DNA of 37,138 nt. Source: Hydrurus foetidus. Lineage: Eukaryota. Location of the stretch: positions 1-37,138 of the forward strand of contig UYFQ01000686.1 of the NCBI GenBank assembly GCA_900617105.1. Direction: 5' to 3'. Shown here piece after piece: positions 10,292 through 21,687 of this stretch. The first letter of the stretch is position 1. Each line of letters opens with the position of its first letter. The translations under genes and the position numbers were made by a program. The notes below the pieces were generated by a model that worked only from the letters and a program-made list of their open reading frames with translations, was not told the origin of the DNA and made no database searches.

Positions 10292-11897
10292 TTACGCCAT
10301 GTAACTACGGTATGACTCTGGAATAGGATATACAATTACTGGTAAATAGACTGGTTTCGCCATCGATCCTTTGGCAATTCTAGCTAGGTCAGTTACATAA
10401 TCATCAAAAATCATACGAATAGTCTCAACAAATGATGTCATTATAGGGTGTGAAGTTGGGAAGGAATCGTTCATTTTGCGGTTAAATCTTTCTAATGAAT
10501 TATTTTTTCTATTGATTAATGTAAATTCAGGATTTTCAGTAACAAAAGAATGCACATTCCACACTCTGGGATTGTATCTCACCATCCATGTGCTGATGAA
10601 ATAGCTCCAGAAAGAATTGAATTGGACCTGGTGTGAGGATTCATGAAATCCACAGCGGCAATATGGAATGCCTTTCGACAGAAAATCTTCGATGGGTATC
10701 ACTGTCAGAATATTCATCACTCTATCAGTCCCTATCAACATGCGGATGAGGTGTTTAGGAATATGAAAATCTACCGACTTTCTTTTGATCGCCTGCTTCC
10801 AGTGAAACAGGCACCCCACTGCCACTCCGGCGGGAAACTCAGCCTTCATGGATGACATAATCCCATGCTCGAAATCCGATGTGTACGTTGTCGCCTGCAT
10901 CTTCCCCTCACTCGACGAAGTGCACGCTTGCAACGCATGCCTGTAGGTCAATTCCTTTTTTTTCTGTAGTAGCATGTAATATACGGGCACGTACATTCCT
11001 GTACATACAAAATTTTAGGGGTGTTTTGCAATAATTAAAAAGAATCGTGTAAACATTATATGAAAATAATAAATGCATACAAAGAATACAACGTACAATA
11101 CGTCGTACCTACAGACCTGTTGCAGCCGTGTAAATCATTATGATGAAAAGCTGTTTGAATCCCTTTGGGACACAAGAGAACATACAGTCAACGAACATAG
11201 GGCACGCACTGTACTTCATCAGATGTATCAAATCAGGATGCCCCCATCCAATGATCATTTCAATTTCAGTAGCGGTTGTATAGTTGAGGAAGAATTTGAG
11301 GAATGACCTTACATCAGTAATGGAACATGACCGCATCGAACGCGCATGGATTTTTGATATCCAATCACCGAATTCCCTCGTCCTCACTTGGTATACATAC
11401 GCCAGTAGCTGCGGATGTAGTTATTTTTAACGACCGATAAGAAATAGAAATCCGCGTTATTCATTTGCATTGAAATACCTTAATATTTTTTTAGGGTGCA
11501 GTCAAATACGTGCTATGCAACATCGGTGGCGCTTTTCGTGGCGTCATCAATGTAGCTGTCGAGAATCATTTGCTTCGTGATTCTTTCAACTTCCACTTCT
11601 TTCGTTGTGCCCTTCTGAGAACAAGTATGGGCAATATTTCTTTCGACGATTGCTCCATGACACGTGGACTTTATTGAAACTTTACAAAAATGTGGTGCAC
11701 GGTAGCTAGGACGTTGGTAGAAGGCGTGTTCGCCTCTTGAAGCAGTACTCTTTTTTGAGTAACTAAACCCATCGAAGGATATTTTATTCTCAAAATTTAC
11801 CAGCGAACTCCGCTTTTTCTTCTCAGGAGTCGCCAGAAACGAGAAGTCGAGAGAGAGCTCATCCTCGACATTTTAGTCATCCACATCGCTGAACATT
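10292..11897 (-). pseudogene. Mutator/MULE DDE transposase, decayed, with a probable intron 10999..11116
   Basis: FVDCMFSCVP..FKQLFII, SDFEHG, GCLFHWKQAI (CxxH) and NNSLERFN are MULE motifs. A GT..AG intron joins ...ATG|MYVPV in frame. The upstream part has stops. Confidence 0.8.
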
Positions 11898-11967
11898 TGA
11901 GAAAATACAGGGTATGGTATGCAGCAGGTAGCAGATGGCATTGGAAACCCATCGTTAGATTGAAACC

Positions 11968-12240
11968 CAGGGTCATTGAGGGTCATTCAAAGTCGGTATC
12001 TTGAGGGGTTACTTCCCCTCAGGGTCATTGAGGGGCACAAAAAAAGTCCATTTTTTAGTATCATTGAGGGTCATCCAAAAAGGGAGGTCATTCAGGGGCA
12101 AAGTATCATTCAGGGTCATCAAAAGAGAAATACTGTGCTAAATCGTATATTAATGACCCCCAATGACACTGGATGACCCTTATGATCCTTAGGGGCATTC
12201 AGGGGCATAGTGTCATTCAGGGTTATAACTATTATAACCG
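11968..12240. repeat. Cluster of (A)GGGTCATT motifs in both orientations; probable DNA transposon end or MITE
   Basis: CAGGGTCATTGAGGGTCATT (11968) is an 18/20 inverted match to AATGACCCCCAATGACACTG (12152-12171), with many further motif copies. No TSD found. Confidence 0.5.
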
Positions 12241-13641
12241 ACCGAAGGTCGATATATTTAGAACCGTACATGTACGTACAACTATTTTGATGGATCTCTA
12301 CAGGCGGGGCTCCAAATCGACGATAAGAATTCATACTCGAAAGGTGGCTTCATCACGACCACTTCTTACAAATTTTCGACGTTGTTGGATATCCTAGGTA
12401 ACTCTAGCAGCCTCTAAAGCTAGCATTCCGATTGTTGTGCATTTCTAAAACTAGAAAAATTGAAGATAGCAATTTCCTGTAATCTGTGTCTCTGAAAATT
12501 CGATTTTGCGTAGAATGCCTCTCAGGAAGCGTCGTCTACAGGACATAGCAGTGCCCAAAACGAGCAACGAGCATTAAGTACTTGCTCATCAGGTATGATT
12601 CTCGAGTTTCATCGCTGCAACCTCATCAATTCTTTATCTCATGATCGAAATATGACCATTTTACGATGCATCCTCTGAAAAATCACTCTACAAGTACTCT
12701 CAAGAAACTGATAGAGCCCTCCGGAACAAAATTTGACCTGCAAAACCACTCTAAAATGTGTTCATTACTGTAGGTGCAGAACATGGATGCTAGCCGAGCT
12801 GTAATGCTCCTTCCAGCTGTGGGGAGCAGAGGGTTCATCAGGTAAGGTATTCCTGGACACACTTGATTTTGAATTCACTCCAGCTCTGATTTCGTTTCTG
12901 AAAATTGATCTGATCTTCAAATATAACTGACAATCCAGGATCGAAATCGTGGAGCAATTGGAGCTGCATCTGAAAAGTCAGTTTCGGAGAGCAGAGGCAC
13001 TGCTGTAGACGCAAAATGTTAGATAGCATATTCTGTATGTAAATACGCTGGCATATTAACACTCCAGCGATATTTGAATTCATTAATTCTATTCATGCTT
13101 TGAATTATTTAAAGATAAGAAAAGGAGTGGCAGCCCAGGCACTTCAGCTTTCACGAAATATATCCTCTGGGGAGTGTTCTGCGGGTTCAGTTGCAGTTAT
13201 GATTTGTTGCAAAACATAGTCATGAGTAGTCTGAGAGTAGCAGTTATTTCTAAAATGAAGCGGAAGGGCTACTCAGGAAAGAATTCTCAGGAGATTCCTC
13301 GTCAAAACTATCTATTCAGTACAGAACAAATCATACTGTATAACTACATCGCAAAGCCTACGGCAGTAACGGTCGGTTCTTTATGCACAGCATACACCGT
13401 TATAGATTATCAAAAATTTACCGAACGAACGCACGTTGTATTTCACATCATTGACTTATTCCATCTCGCAAGAAACAAGAGTTGATGTGTGAGGGCCGTA
13501 AAATTTTAGACCGGAACTCTTAGAAACGGATGTAAGTCGAAAGTTCACGATAAGAGTTGAGTTCATGACGCATCGTGAAACTCAGACACATCATTTGCGC
13601 AACAACAGATCAAAGTATAAAGGATTCTCAACATTGACAGC

Positions 13642-15207
13642 ATGGACGATGCAAGGGATAGAAACCTTGAGAATCATGATCCCGAAGAGGCAGCAGCAAA
13701 TGTTGGGCTGAGGAAACGAGTGATCAGCATGATCTGTGGAATTATTATCGTTATGAACTTGTTCATGATCAGTCAGAAACGGGAACCAATTCTACCGGAA
13801 TTCCTGACTCCGTTCATCAACGACCTTGCTGGGACAGTGAATTGTGACGACACTGATTGTGATGATGCAGTGTTTGCAGCAGCTGCAAAATTTCAGCAGA
13901 ATCTCTAGAATCGAATCATTGCAATTGACCTCTTTTGTATCGATCCTACTCGTAAGTCAGAGCAGTTATTTTGGGATACTTATCGCGGCCGCGAGTCCGA
14001 CTGGTACAAAGAGTATCGAATGTCGCATTCAACGTTTAATGGCATAGTGAGGGATTGCGTTCCACTTCTTTATTCCCGTCCAACTTATTCGTTGAAGTCT
14101 GCTAAATTCCGATACATCAGGAGCAAAGTAGTCATAGCTACTCTGGTTCGTTATCTGGCAGTGCAAAGCGACCAACATACTCTAGGAAAAGAATTTGGAG
14201 TTTGACAACCATGCGTCAGCTAAAGACTTGAACGAGCTTGTCAAGCGCTCCTCTCAGCATACTGGTTTCAGGGCTGTCCAAATCCCAAAATTGCATTTCC
14301 GTTAGAAGAGGGTCGCTGAGCTTCTGCGCGATGGTATCTTTCCAAATGTCAGATTTCATTCCTCTGCGGGTCCATCGATGGGAGTATCATTAAAATCTCT
14401 GCGCCACACTCTGATGCATATATTCCAAGAGAGTTCTCGTGCAAAAGGAAGCACTCATACTCGCTGAATTTGATGATTATCTGCGACCATAGAAAGCGTT
14501 TTATTTTTGCAGATTCTCGATGGCCTGGGTCAACATCAGATACTGGGGCGGTATCTCGATCAAGTTTTTTGACGAATCTGTTTGTGCGTAGGGATGCCAC
14601 CTTATTCCCCTATCCTTTTATGATACTGTCAGATGGTTCCACAAACGATCTTGCTTTACAGCTCCTGATTACCACGCAAGAAACAGATTAGAAAATTTGT
14701 TCAACAGGAATATCAGCCGTGCTCGGTGTGTCGTAGAGAATGCTTTTGGTCTACTCAAAATGAAGTGGAGGCGTCTGCATCAACACTCGATTGCAGAGAG
14801 CACACGATTGATTCCGCAGTTGGTTCTTTGCGCATGTATTTTGCACAATATTTGCATATATGCTGGCGATGTGAACGAAGTAGAAGATGGAGCTGTGCGA
14901 GATGTAGACGAAGCAGCTGCGGACAGAGTTGAAATCAATGCTGCATGTGGAAGAGTACTTCGTAATAACGGTAGGATTAAGTGCCTGATCTTCAAATTAT
15001 TTACTAAATTAATTTGCACATGCACATCATGCAGGTGTGCCATTCGCCCATAACGCTGCCAACCTTGTACAGGAATATCGCACAAAATTGGGAAGAATGT
15101 ATGATATGTGGGTTGATTTACGAGAGGGTGTTGTTGTTACACTAGAAGAGCTGAAAGTAATTTATGGACCTGCTGCTTACGCATACGATGATGAAGTTGA
15201 AATTTGA
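13642..15207 (+). pseudogene. Harbinger (HARBI1/DDE_Tnp_4-like) transposase with stops and frameshifts; probable intron 14971..15034
   Basis: GSIDG, YSLNLMIICDH, WPGSTSD, ILSDG and SRARCVVENAFGLLKMKWRRL. Splicing GT(14971)..AG(15034) extends the frame to TGA at 15205-15207. Confidence 0.88.
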
Positions 15208-15214
15208 TAATCAT

Positions 15215-16495
15215 TCAGATTTTTTTTAGCACACTAGAAAGAATGTTCGAAAAAGTATTCTGTACATTAATGCTATCCTGGCGCGCTTCTGCAAGTCTCG
15301 TCTGTTCCGCGTGATACCTTTGCTGTTCAATAGCATCTTTTTTTTCTCTATACTCGACGTCACGTACGTCCTTCTCTTCGCGTCGCTCGATATCTTGTAG
15401 CCTGCTCTCCTTGTGATACTCGAAGTTTGACTTACTGAAATTCATATTTTCCTCATGATGCTGTACAGCAGTCCTTGTTAAGTCGATGATTAGTGACGCC
15501 TTGCTGACCTTCTTTGCTGCACCATCTCCCCCCTCGGCAGAATTTTGTTGCACATCAGATTCTCGGAAACCGTCCATTTGACAAAATTCTCTTTTGCTAC
15601 CAGCACCGCTCGTTAGATCACTCTCAGACATGAGGCCAACTCCAGAAACTGACTGAGGAAATGTGTCCATGAAGTGCTTGATGATCTTTATACACTCCTC
15701 ATCAACGCCATCGGCATATCTAAGGTCGCGTTTGCCATCTCTGACTACGACAGCGGCTGATTCTGCTACCATGCGAGGATCATCGAGCCCGTTTTCATCG
15801 CTGCTGCCGCCTGTCGGTCCTTCTATATCTGGCAGCTCATCCTCTCTACCATCAACCTGTGCGGCCTTATAGTCGCTTACCTTCCTGCACATTGCTATCC
15901 ACTTCGACTGGTAAGGCGATGATGCGAGGAGGTTGTTAGGAGTCGCACGAACACGGCCGAACTTTTTCCCCATCAAATCCGGGATGTGAACTAACCACAG
16001 CTTACTAATAGGGATCAACTTTTTGCTCTGGGATAGCTTCGCACCATCATCCCAGGCTTTGTACGACGTAATCAAATCCAATAGCTCCGTTGTTGACCAC
16101 ATCGATCGAGCAGCTAGAAGTGGATAAGTGTGCTCGCCAATTTTTATGATCGCTCCGGAAGCAGTAGTTGTATCTTCAGCAGATTTTGATGTCTTTGTTT
16201 TCGGAATCGTAATTGACTTGACATCCAAAATAACACTTTTGCTCGAAGATTCGGATGCTTTCGCAGCCTTGTCAGACTGTATCTGGGCGTTGGTCCTGCG
16301 TATTTTTTTCTTTGACGGTGTCGGAGTCAAGAATGAAATCTCGACATTCGATGATGAGCTGATCTGGCTCGCTTCAAAATTCTGAGATTGGTCTTCATCA
16401 GTTCTCGATGACTTTCTACTGCTTCCAGTCTCAAATCTAAAACATGTTGAGCTGTCGACGGAACTCTCATCATCTTCTGACTGGTTGGCAGACAT
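15215..16495 (-). CDS. Harbinger ORF2, putative Myb/SANT-like DNA-binding protein (426 aa from the first ATG)
   Basis: Uninterrupted ORF with WSTTELLDLI...W...KW tryptophan spacing, a charged coiled-coil C-terminus and KKKIRR NLS-like motif; tail-to-tail with the transposase, 7 bp between stops. Confidence 0.72.
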   Translation of the reverse strand: MSANQSEDDESSVDSSTCFRFETGSSRKSSRTDEDQSQNFEASQISSSSNVEISFLTPTPSKKKIRRTNAQIQSDKAAKASESSSKSVILDVKSITIPKTKTSKSAEDTTTASGAIIKIGEHTYPLLAARSMWSTTELLDLITSYKAWDDGAKLSQSKKLIPISKLWLVHIPDLMGKKFGRVRATPNNLLASSPYQSKWIAMCRKVSDYKAAQVDGREDELPDIEGPTGGSSDENGLDDPRMVAESAAVVVRDGKRDLRYADGVDEECIKIIKHFMDTFPQSVSGVGLMSESDLTSGAGSKREFCQMDGFRESDVQQNSAEGGDGAAKKVSKASLIIDLTRTAVQHHEENMNFSKSNFEYHKESRLQDIERREEKDVRDVEYREKKDAIEQQRYHAEQTRLAEARQDSINVQNTFSNILSSVLKKI

Positions 16496-16734
16496 TTGGA
16501 CGACACCTCCGCAAATTATTTGGGTGATGACGCAGCTTGAAATGTGAGTACTGCGATCAAATGATGTTTTACGAGGCAGTCTGTCCAACTCTTATTTTTA
16601 TCCTCGAATCCTTGCTTCTAAACTTTAGAAACAAGAGTTGGGAGAAGAGTACGTAAAAATCCTGTAAAAAGAGTGGGGAACGCTTTTATCCACTTTTTTA
16701 CGGTCACAACTCTTGTTTCTTGCGAGATAGAAAA

Positions 16735-17326
16735 GAGTGTTTGCGAAATCTCGTAAAAAAATAAACCGGATTTATCCCGGTTTTAAAAGAGGTCGTTTTT
16801 ATCCCGGTTTTATCCCGGTTTTTATCCCGGTTTTTATCCCGGATTTGTCCCGGCTTTTCAGGGTCGTTTTTTTTCAGATTCCATGAAAAATTGCTCGTGA
16901 AAAACAACAAATGCCCCTTTCATAGCAGAAGTCGTTTAACTGCACAACTTGTACAATAAACTGCCAAACAGTGTCTAATCAGTGGCTGCCTTCATCAACA
17001 GGGGCATTGCGGTTCTTTTGGGATGTTTTTCACTGCGAATGCTTACGAACTCTGATTGTGGCATACTTTCAAAATACCTCATATTCTACCGTATTAATCC
17101 CAACTGTGTCTATCATGGAGCACGATAAGCGGAGGACCATGAGGGACATGCCTGACAGTAGAAGGTATGAAGGACTGTCTGTCGACGACATTTTCATGTC
17201 TAAAACCTTCATTTTCGTTTTTTTTTTCATGGCTAAAAAAAGGGAAATCGCACGAGATTTGGTTCCAAGAAATTAACAGATTAAAAAAAACGGGTTTTAT
17301 TTTTTTACAAGATTTCGCAAACACTC
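16735..17326. mobile_element. Non-autonomous TIR element (592 bp), probably Harbinger-related
   Basis: GAGTGTTTGCGAAATCTCGTAAAAAAATAAACC (16735) is inverted at 17293-17326. Right flank is TAA, left flank AAA (imperfect TSD). Confidence 0.8.
16771..16853 (+). repeat. Subterminal TTTATCCCGG repeats (6 copies)
   Basis: Directly visible just inside the left TIR of the 16735..17326 element. Confidence 0.9.
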
Positions 17327-17329
17327 TAA

Positions 17330-17590
17330 GTGCATTCCTTGTGGGAGTGCAAAAACAAAGTACAAAATTGGAGTTTTTGTTGACTTTGTCTCGCTCTATC
17401 GTACCTTTGTGGTGACCAAAACAAAAAATAAAAATCCATTTTTTTGTTTTTCAACTTTGTCAGGTCCTTCCGAGACAAAAAAGACGTGAAAATTTGTCTG
17501 GCAAATCGTCGAGACAAAGTTGCGCCAAATATCACCAAAAAAAAAACCCAAGTTTTGTATTTTGTGCTTCGTCTCCCACAAGGAATGGCC
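17330..17590. mobile_element. Tourist-like (PIF/Harbinger) MITE, 261 bp
   Basis: TIRs GTGCATTCCTTGTGGGAG / CTCCCACAAGGAATGGCC (16/18); TAA on both sides (17327-29, 17591-93). Confidence 0.85.
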
Positions 17591-18373
17591 TAATAGGTTA
17601 GGGTCTGACCGATCCGACGTCCCCGCTTTTTCGACGTTTTAGTATGGGAGACCAAAATCAGTCAGTTATTTTCCGATTTTGTGAACATTCCTCGCTAACC
17701 ATAAAAGGGTTTTCAATTCATTGCATCGTCCGACTCTCAACGAGATACATCCAAAACAATACTAAAAACTGAAAACTAAAATGCGGTTTTTATTTCGGGT
17801 CCCTCCAAATGTCCAGATCATGCTATAGTTAACGAAAAAGAGCGATTTTAAAGGAGCCACTAAATTGACAGAAAGTGATTTTAATTATTGTACAGTGGGA
17901 GTCACCTATAAACGGAATAGTGTGAGTGGTGGAACCCAGAACTCCTAAAACTTTCGTATATGTTTTTTTAGTGCTTTTATCGCTCTGTTATCGTGTAAAG
18001 CAAGGTCATTTGACATTTCAACAGAGAGTTTTTTTTAAAATTCAATTCCAATGAGAAGTTGTAGTCGATTCAATTTGAGTGGGGACCAGAAAAATGGGAT
18101 TAGTATGGTGAGAAATCATGTAAGTACGTAAACGTTCTATGACATCATGTTATAATCGTCTTTAATAAGCTCAATAGCTTCGATGAATTCAGTAAACGTT
18201 TATTGTGTAATTCTCAGCACTATGCGGAATGTTTAGAACGTTCCAAGGTCCAAATTATTGAATTTTGGGGTCGAAGGTACCCGCCCTCCGAGGTGCAAAA
18301 GTAAAGTGTTCTATCTCACACACTGGTCTATTGTACACCTATATTTAAATAGCCATTTTAAATATTTATTGAC

Positions 18374-19113
18374 ATGCCGCGAAAGAAAAAGGCATTCCGC
18401 CAATTGGTATCTGCAAGAGTGAACGCGACAGCTGCAAAAATCGCAAGAAAGAACACTGATCATGCGCCTGATGTTGAATTTCTCGACAATATTTCATCGG
18501 ATGCTGCTAGTATCGTTGATGACAGAAACGAAGATGAGGAGATAGATTCATCCTTCTTCATTGATGGTATTCACTGGAGAATATTGCCAGATGAACCATG
18601 TGACTCTCAGCATAATGATGATGAAGACAGGATGAATAACGATCTCCAGGACGATCAAGTTGCTCTCAGATTGGAGTGGCGTGCCGTTGGTGATAATTTC
18701 GGATATCATGGGACAACTAGCTCCGTACGTGATCCTCATCCCAAGCAGTTGATGGAATCTATAACACAATTCAAGAGCTCTGTCGTTATCTACGACGGTC
18801 TAAAAAACTCTTCCTTCAGCGACAGATGAAGCTGTAGTGAAATCTCGAAGAGGTGCGCATATTGAAATTGACGCTTGGAGCGACAATGTTATAGCGATAT
18901 GCTATGTACAAAGCAAGACTCCAACGCTTGAATGCCGACCATGTTTACAGAAATACAGTTGAGTCATTCAAAGTGAAGCCAGTTTCGCTTCCAGAAGGAT
19001 GCCAAGGTAATATGACGAATGCATGCAATCCATTGCGAAAATTCCGGGCTGCTGGTCACTTTCGACAACTATTCTCATGGTCTCGCAAATCAGAGCTGGA
19101 TTCCCATGGTTGA
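18374..19113 (+). pseudogene. Probable N-terminal transposase remnant of the Tc1/mariner-like element
   Basis: ORF MPRKKK... (basic NLS-like start, acidic tract), followed by broken frames; position inside the TIRs. No catalytic domain visible. Confidence 0.4.
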
Positions 19114-19568
19114 TTTCTCGTTGCCAACACTCCTAATCGCAAATCTCTTGTCTTCAATCATCGGTGCGGACACAAGGAACACCACCCATCGAAACATATC
19201 TTCACAGGAAATCGAGATTTAAGATGCCATGCCGTCAACGATGCAATCATACTGATTACCGTCAACCGTCAACTATTGATTGCAGCCAACTATTGATCGC
19301 TGAGTCATGAGGCTTTTTCTACCGCTGAACTTTGGAGATCAGCGCCTTTTGAATTGCTTGGCGTGACGTAGCTTCTTGATGATCTAAGATTCTGTAGAGT
19401 TACACCGTTATATCTGACTCCGTAGATCCCATCTCTGCGCATTAGATTGCCGAACTGATGTAAGAAATCTGAATTGAAGTTGTCTGCATTAAACTTGTGT
19501 CCTCTTCGAATGCGTTTGGTCATGCCTTAGTCTGGGACCGCCATCTTTTGACGACAGAGAATTCTCTA

Positions 19569-19649
19569 CTTCGAACCCGCACGTGCTTCCATCCAGAAAC
19601 AGCTCTGCAGCTTGAGGCCTAAGCGCTCTACCAAGTGAGCTTCCCAGGA
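19569..19649 (-). other. tRNA-like sequence (pol III A and B boxes); SINE head or tRNA pseudogene
   Basis: Minus strand TCCTGGGAAGCTCACTTGGTAGAGCG (D-arm GCTC/GAGC, A box) ... GCGGGTTCGAAG (B box); the 3' T-stem and acceptor stem are missing. Confidence 0.6.
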
Positions 19650-20078
19650 ACTGAGATTTTCCGAGAAATCAGCCAACAGAGAGATCTAGCCTATCGTTGT
19701 AGGGCTCACAGCTCACAGCAAGACTGCTCGTGACAGTGGTATATGTACTGTACACATGTCACGTACTTACGGCTGAACGCACGTACGTCTGTACTCGGTT
19801 TTATCTAGGACAACTTTAACCGGAAAAGATGGAACTATTCCGTTTATAGGTGACTCCCACTGTAAGATAATGGCACTATATGATCTACACGCATACAAAA
19901 CAGTGAAAAAAATCTATATTTTATATTTTGCATGTATACAGCATGAAAAAGGTTCCGACGTTTTGGGGCCCTGATTTCGTTGTTTTGGGATTTTGAAACG
20001 TCGGATCGGTCAGACCCTATATTGTGGTTTCACTTTTGATTGGCAGCACTCCCCCCCCAGCGAGTTGTGAAAAACACT

Positions 20079-21257
20079 GCGCGCCATCAGGGAACTCAAC
20101 TCAGCACCCAAAATTTGACTAATTCGGGGGTCTAATTTCGTTTTTTTTCTAGAATCTGACCCAGGGACCAAGATTTTTTGCAAATAGACCCCCCTGGTCG
20201 GTAAATTTTGGGTGCCGAGTTGAGTTCGCGACCGAAATAACGGGCAGCTAAAATCTAGAAAATCCAACTTTTTCTATGGAATTACAACTACTTCCTGGGA
20301 AATGGCACTTTAACTAACATAGGTGGCACTTTATTTTTTCTGCCACTATAAAAATAGAATCAACACTTTAATACAGAAAAAAACACTTTACTCTAGAAAG
20401 ATCAGCTTTTTCTAAGAATCCACAGCTAAAATTTTGAGATTCTCACAGAAAGAATCACTCGCAACCACTATTTTTGACATCCACCAACTTTGTCATTTGA
20501 GATACCACCCAAATCAGTGCAGTACCTGATAATTCGAAGTTTTTTTTACTACAGTAGTTTCACCGCTTCCATCCCAAATTTAAAAAAATGGACGACACAG
20601 ATGCTATCGACGAAGAAATCACTGTTGTCGAAGCCGTTCGGATGGTCTCAACTGGCAGAGAAATCAGACATTTAGTACCGGTAATATTTTCAACATCTTA
20701 GATTGCACTCATTAATGCAGAATGTAACGAGTTAATTATCTGCCTCAAACAGTTGCCCAGGTCAACGAATTCGTCGAGGAGATGAGGCTCTCTCACTACA
20801 GGATGAATCACAATATCGGAGTGAGAGTTACATACCTCAAGTGCTCAGTAGTAGGGTGTCCGCACATCTGCAGATTGCTTGAGAATCTGACGCACGCTGT
20901 TCCTCCATTCGAGGTAGAGACCACTGCAGACTGCAATCACAACCATCAGGTTGAAGTCCCACGTGAGCGTGGGCTAACAGTCCCTCAAAAAGATATCATG
21001 ACGCTTTGAATAGAGCGAGGCCAGGCAGCACCAAAGAAAGTGTGATACTTTATTAAAGTGCTGATTATTCGGTAAAGTTGAGATTCTACCAAAATAGCTG
21101 CGATTCCGTAAAAATAGTTGCATAATATTAAAAATAGTTGCCACTTGTCTAATAGTGGCAATTCCATGAAAAAAGTGGTGATTCCATAAAAAAAGTGGTC
21201 CATTCCAGATTTTAGTTGCGCATTATATTTACCCGGTTGAGTTCCCTGATGGCGTGC
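20079..21257. mobile_element. Nested TIR element (about 1.18 kb) carrying a truncated WRKY/FLYWCH-like gene; superfamily uncertain
   Basis: GCGCGCCATCAGGGAACTCAAC (20079-20100) is inverted at 21236-21257 (21/22). No clean TSD (CTG/CTA at best). Confidence 0.8.
20588..21009 (+). pseudogene. Truncated transposase N-terminus with a WRKY/FLYWCH-like zinc finger; probable intron 20681..20760
   Basis: YLKCSVVGCP...HNH (C-X4-C...H-X-H). A GT..AG intron joins the ATG-20588 exon in frame to ORF 20782..21009. Confidence 0.55.
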
Positions 21258-21687
21258 TAGTAACCGAGATGTTTTTCGAGACCATAAAACCGAGATGTTT
21301 TTCGTACCGAGGGCGAAGCCCGAGGTTCGAAATACTTCGAGGTTTATGGTTGAGTGTACGAACGTTACTTTTTATTCCGATGGGTTCATAAAGACCCGTT
21401 TCGGTCCTGCGGGTCGAAAAGGAATCCTTTTCGCACCTCCGGTGCGAAAAGGATTACTTTTCGACCCGCGCGTGAAAACGGTGAAATTTGGCCGGAAGCT
21501 CATGACCGGAAAAGGGTCTTTATGAACCCTGAGGGATAAAAAGTGTTTTTCACAACTCGCTGGGGGGGATCTGCTGCCAATTAAAAGCTGCGTAGGAGCA
21601 AAGGATATTTTGAGAAACCCTAGACCCTAGATAGGGACCCTTGCCAGCATCCGATCCTAGACCCTAGATAGGGTGCCCGTCTAGGGT

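Larger units (their letters stand above)
13463..16728. mobile_element. PIF/Harbinger DNA transposon (two convergent genes); exact termini uncertain
   Basis: 22-bp perfect inverted repeat ATCTCGCAAGAAACAAGAGTTG (13463-13484 / 16707-16728) brackets a HARBI1-like transposase and a Myb/SANT-like ORF. Confidence 0.85.
17893..19862. mobile_element. Tc1/mariner-superfamily non-autonomous element (1970 bp)
   Basis: Perfect 29-bp TIR CAGTGGGAGTCACCTATAAACGGAATAGT (17893-17921 / 19834-19862) flanked by a TA TSD. Confidence 0.92.
17599..20019. mobile_element. hAT-like non-autonomous element with a nested Tc1/mariner-like insertion
   Basis: Perfect 22-bp TIR TAGGGTCTGACCGATCCGACGT (17599-17620 / 19998-20019). 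Left 8-bp flank TAATAGGT; its partner appears split by later insertions (TA at 20020, ATAGGT at 28544). Confidence 0.85.

Noticed and set aside
19569..19649. Functional tRNA gene
   Set aside because: No 3' T-stem or acceptor pairing and no clear anticodon arm.
21615..21687. Telomere-like ACCCTAG repeats
   Set aside because: Irregular, present at both ends inside the hAT-like element; they are subterminal repeats.
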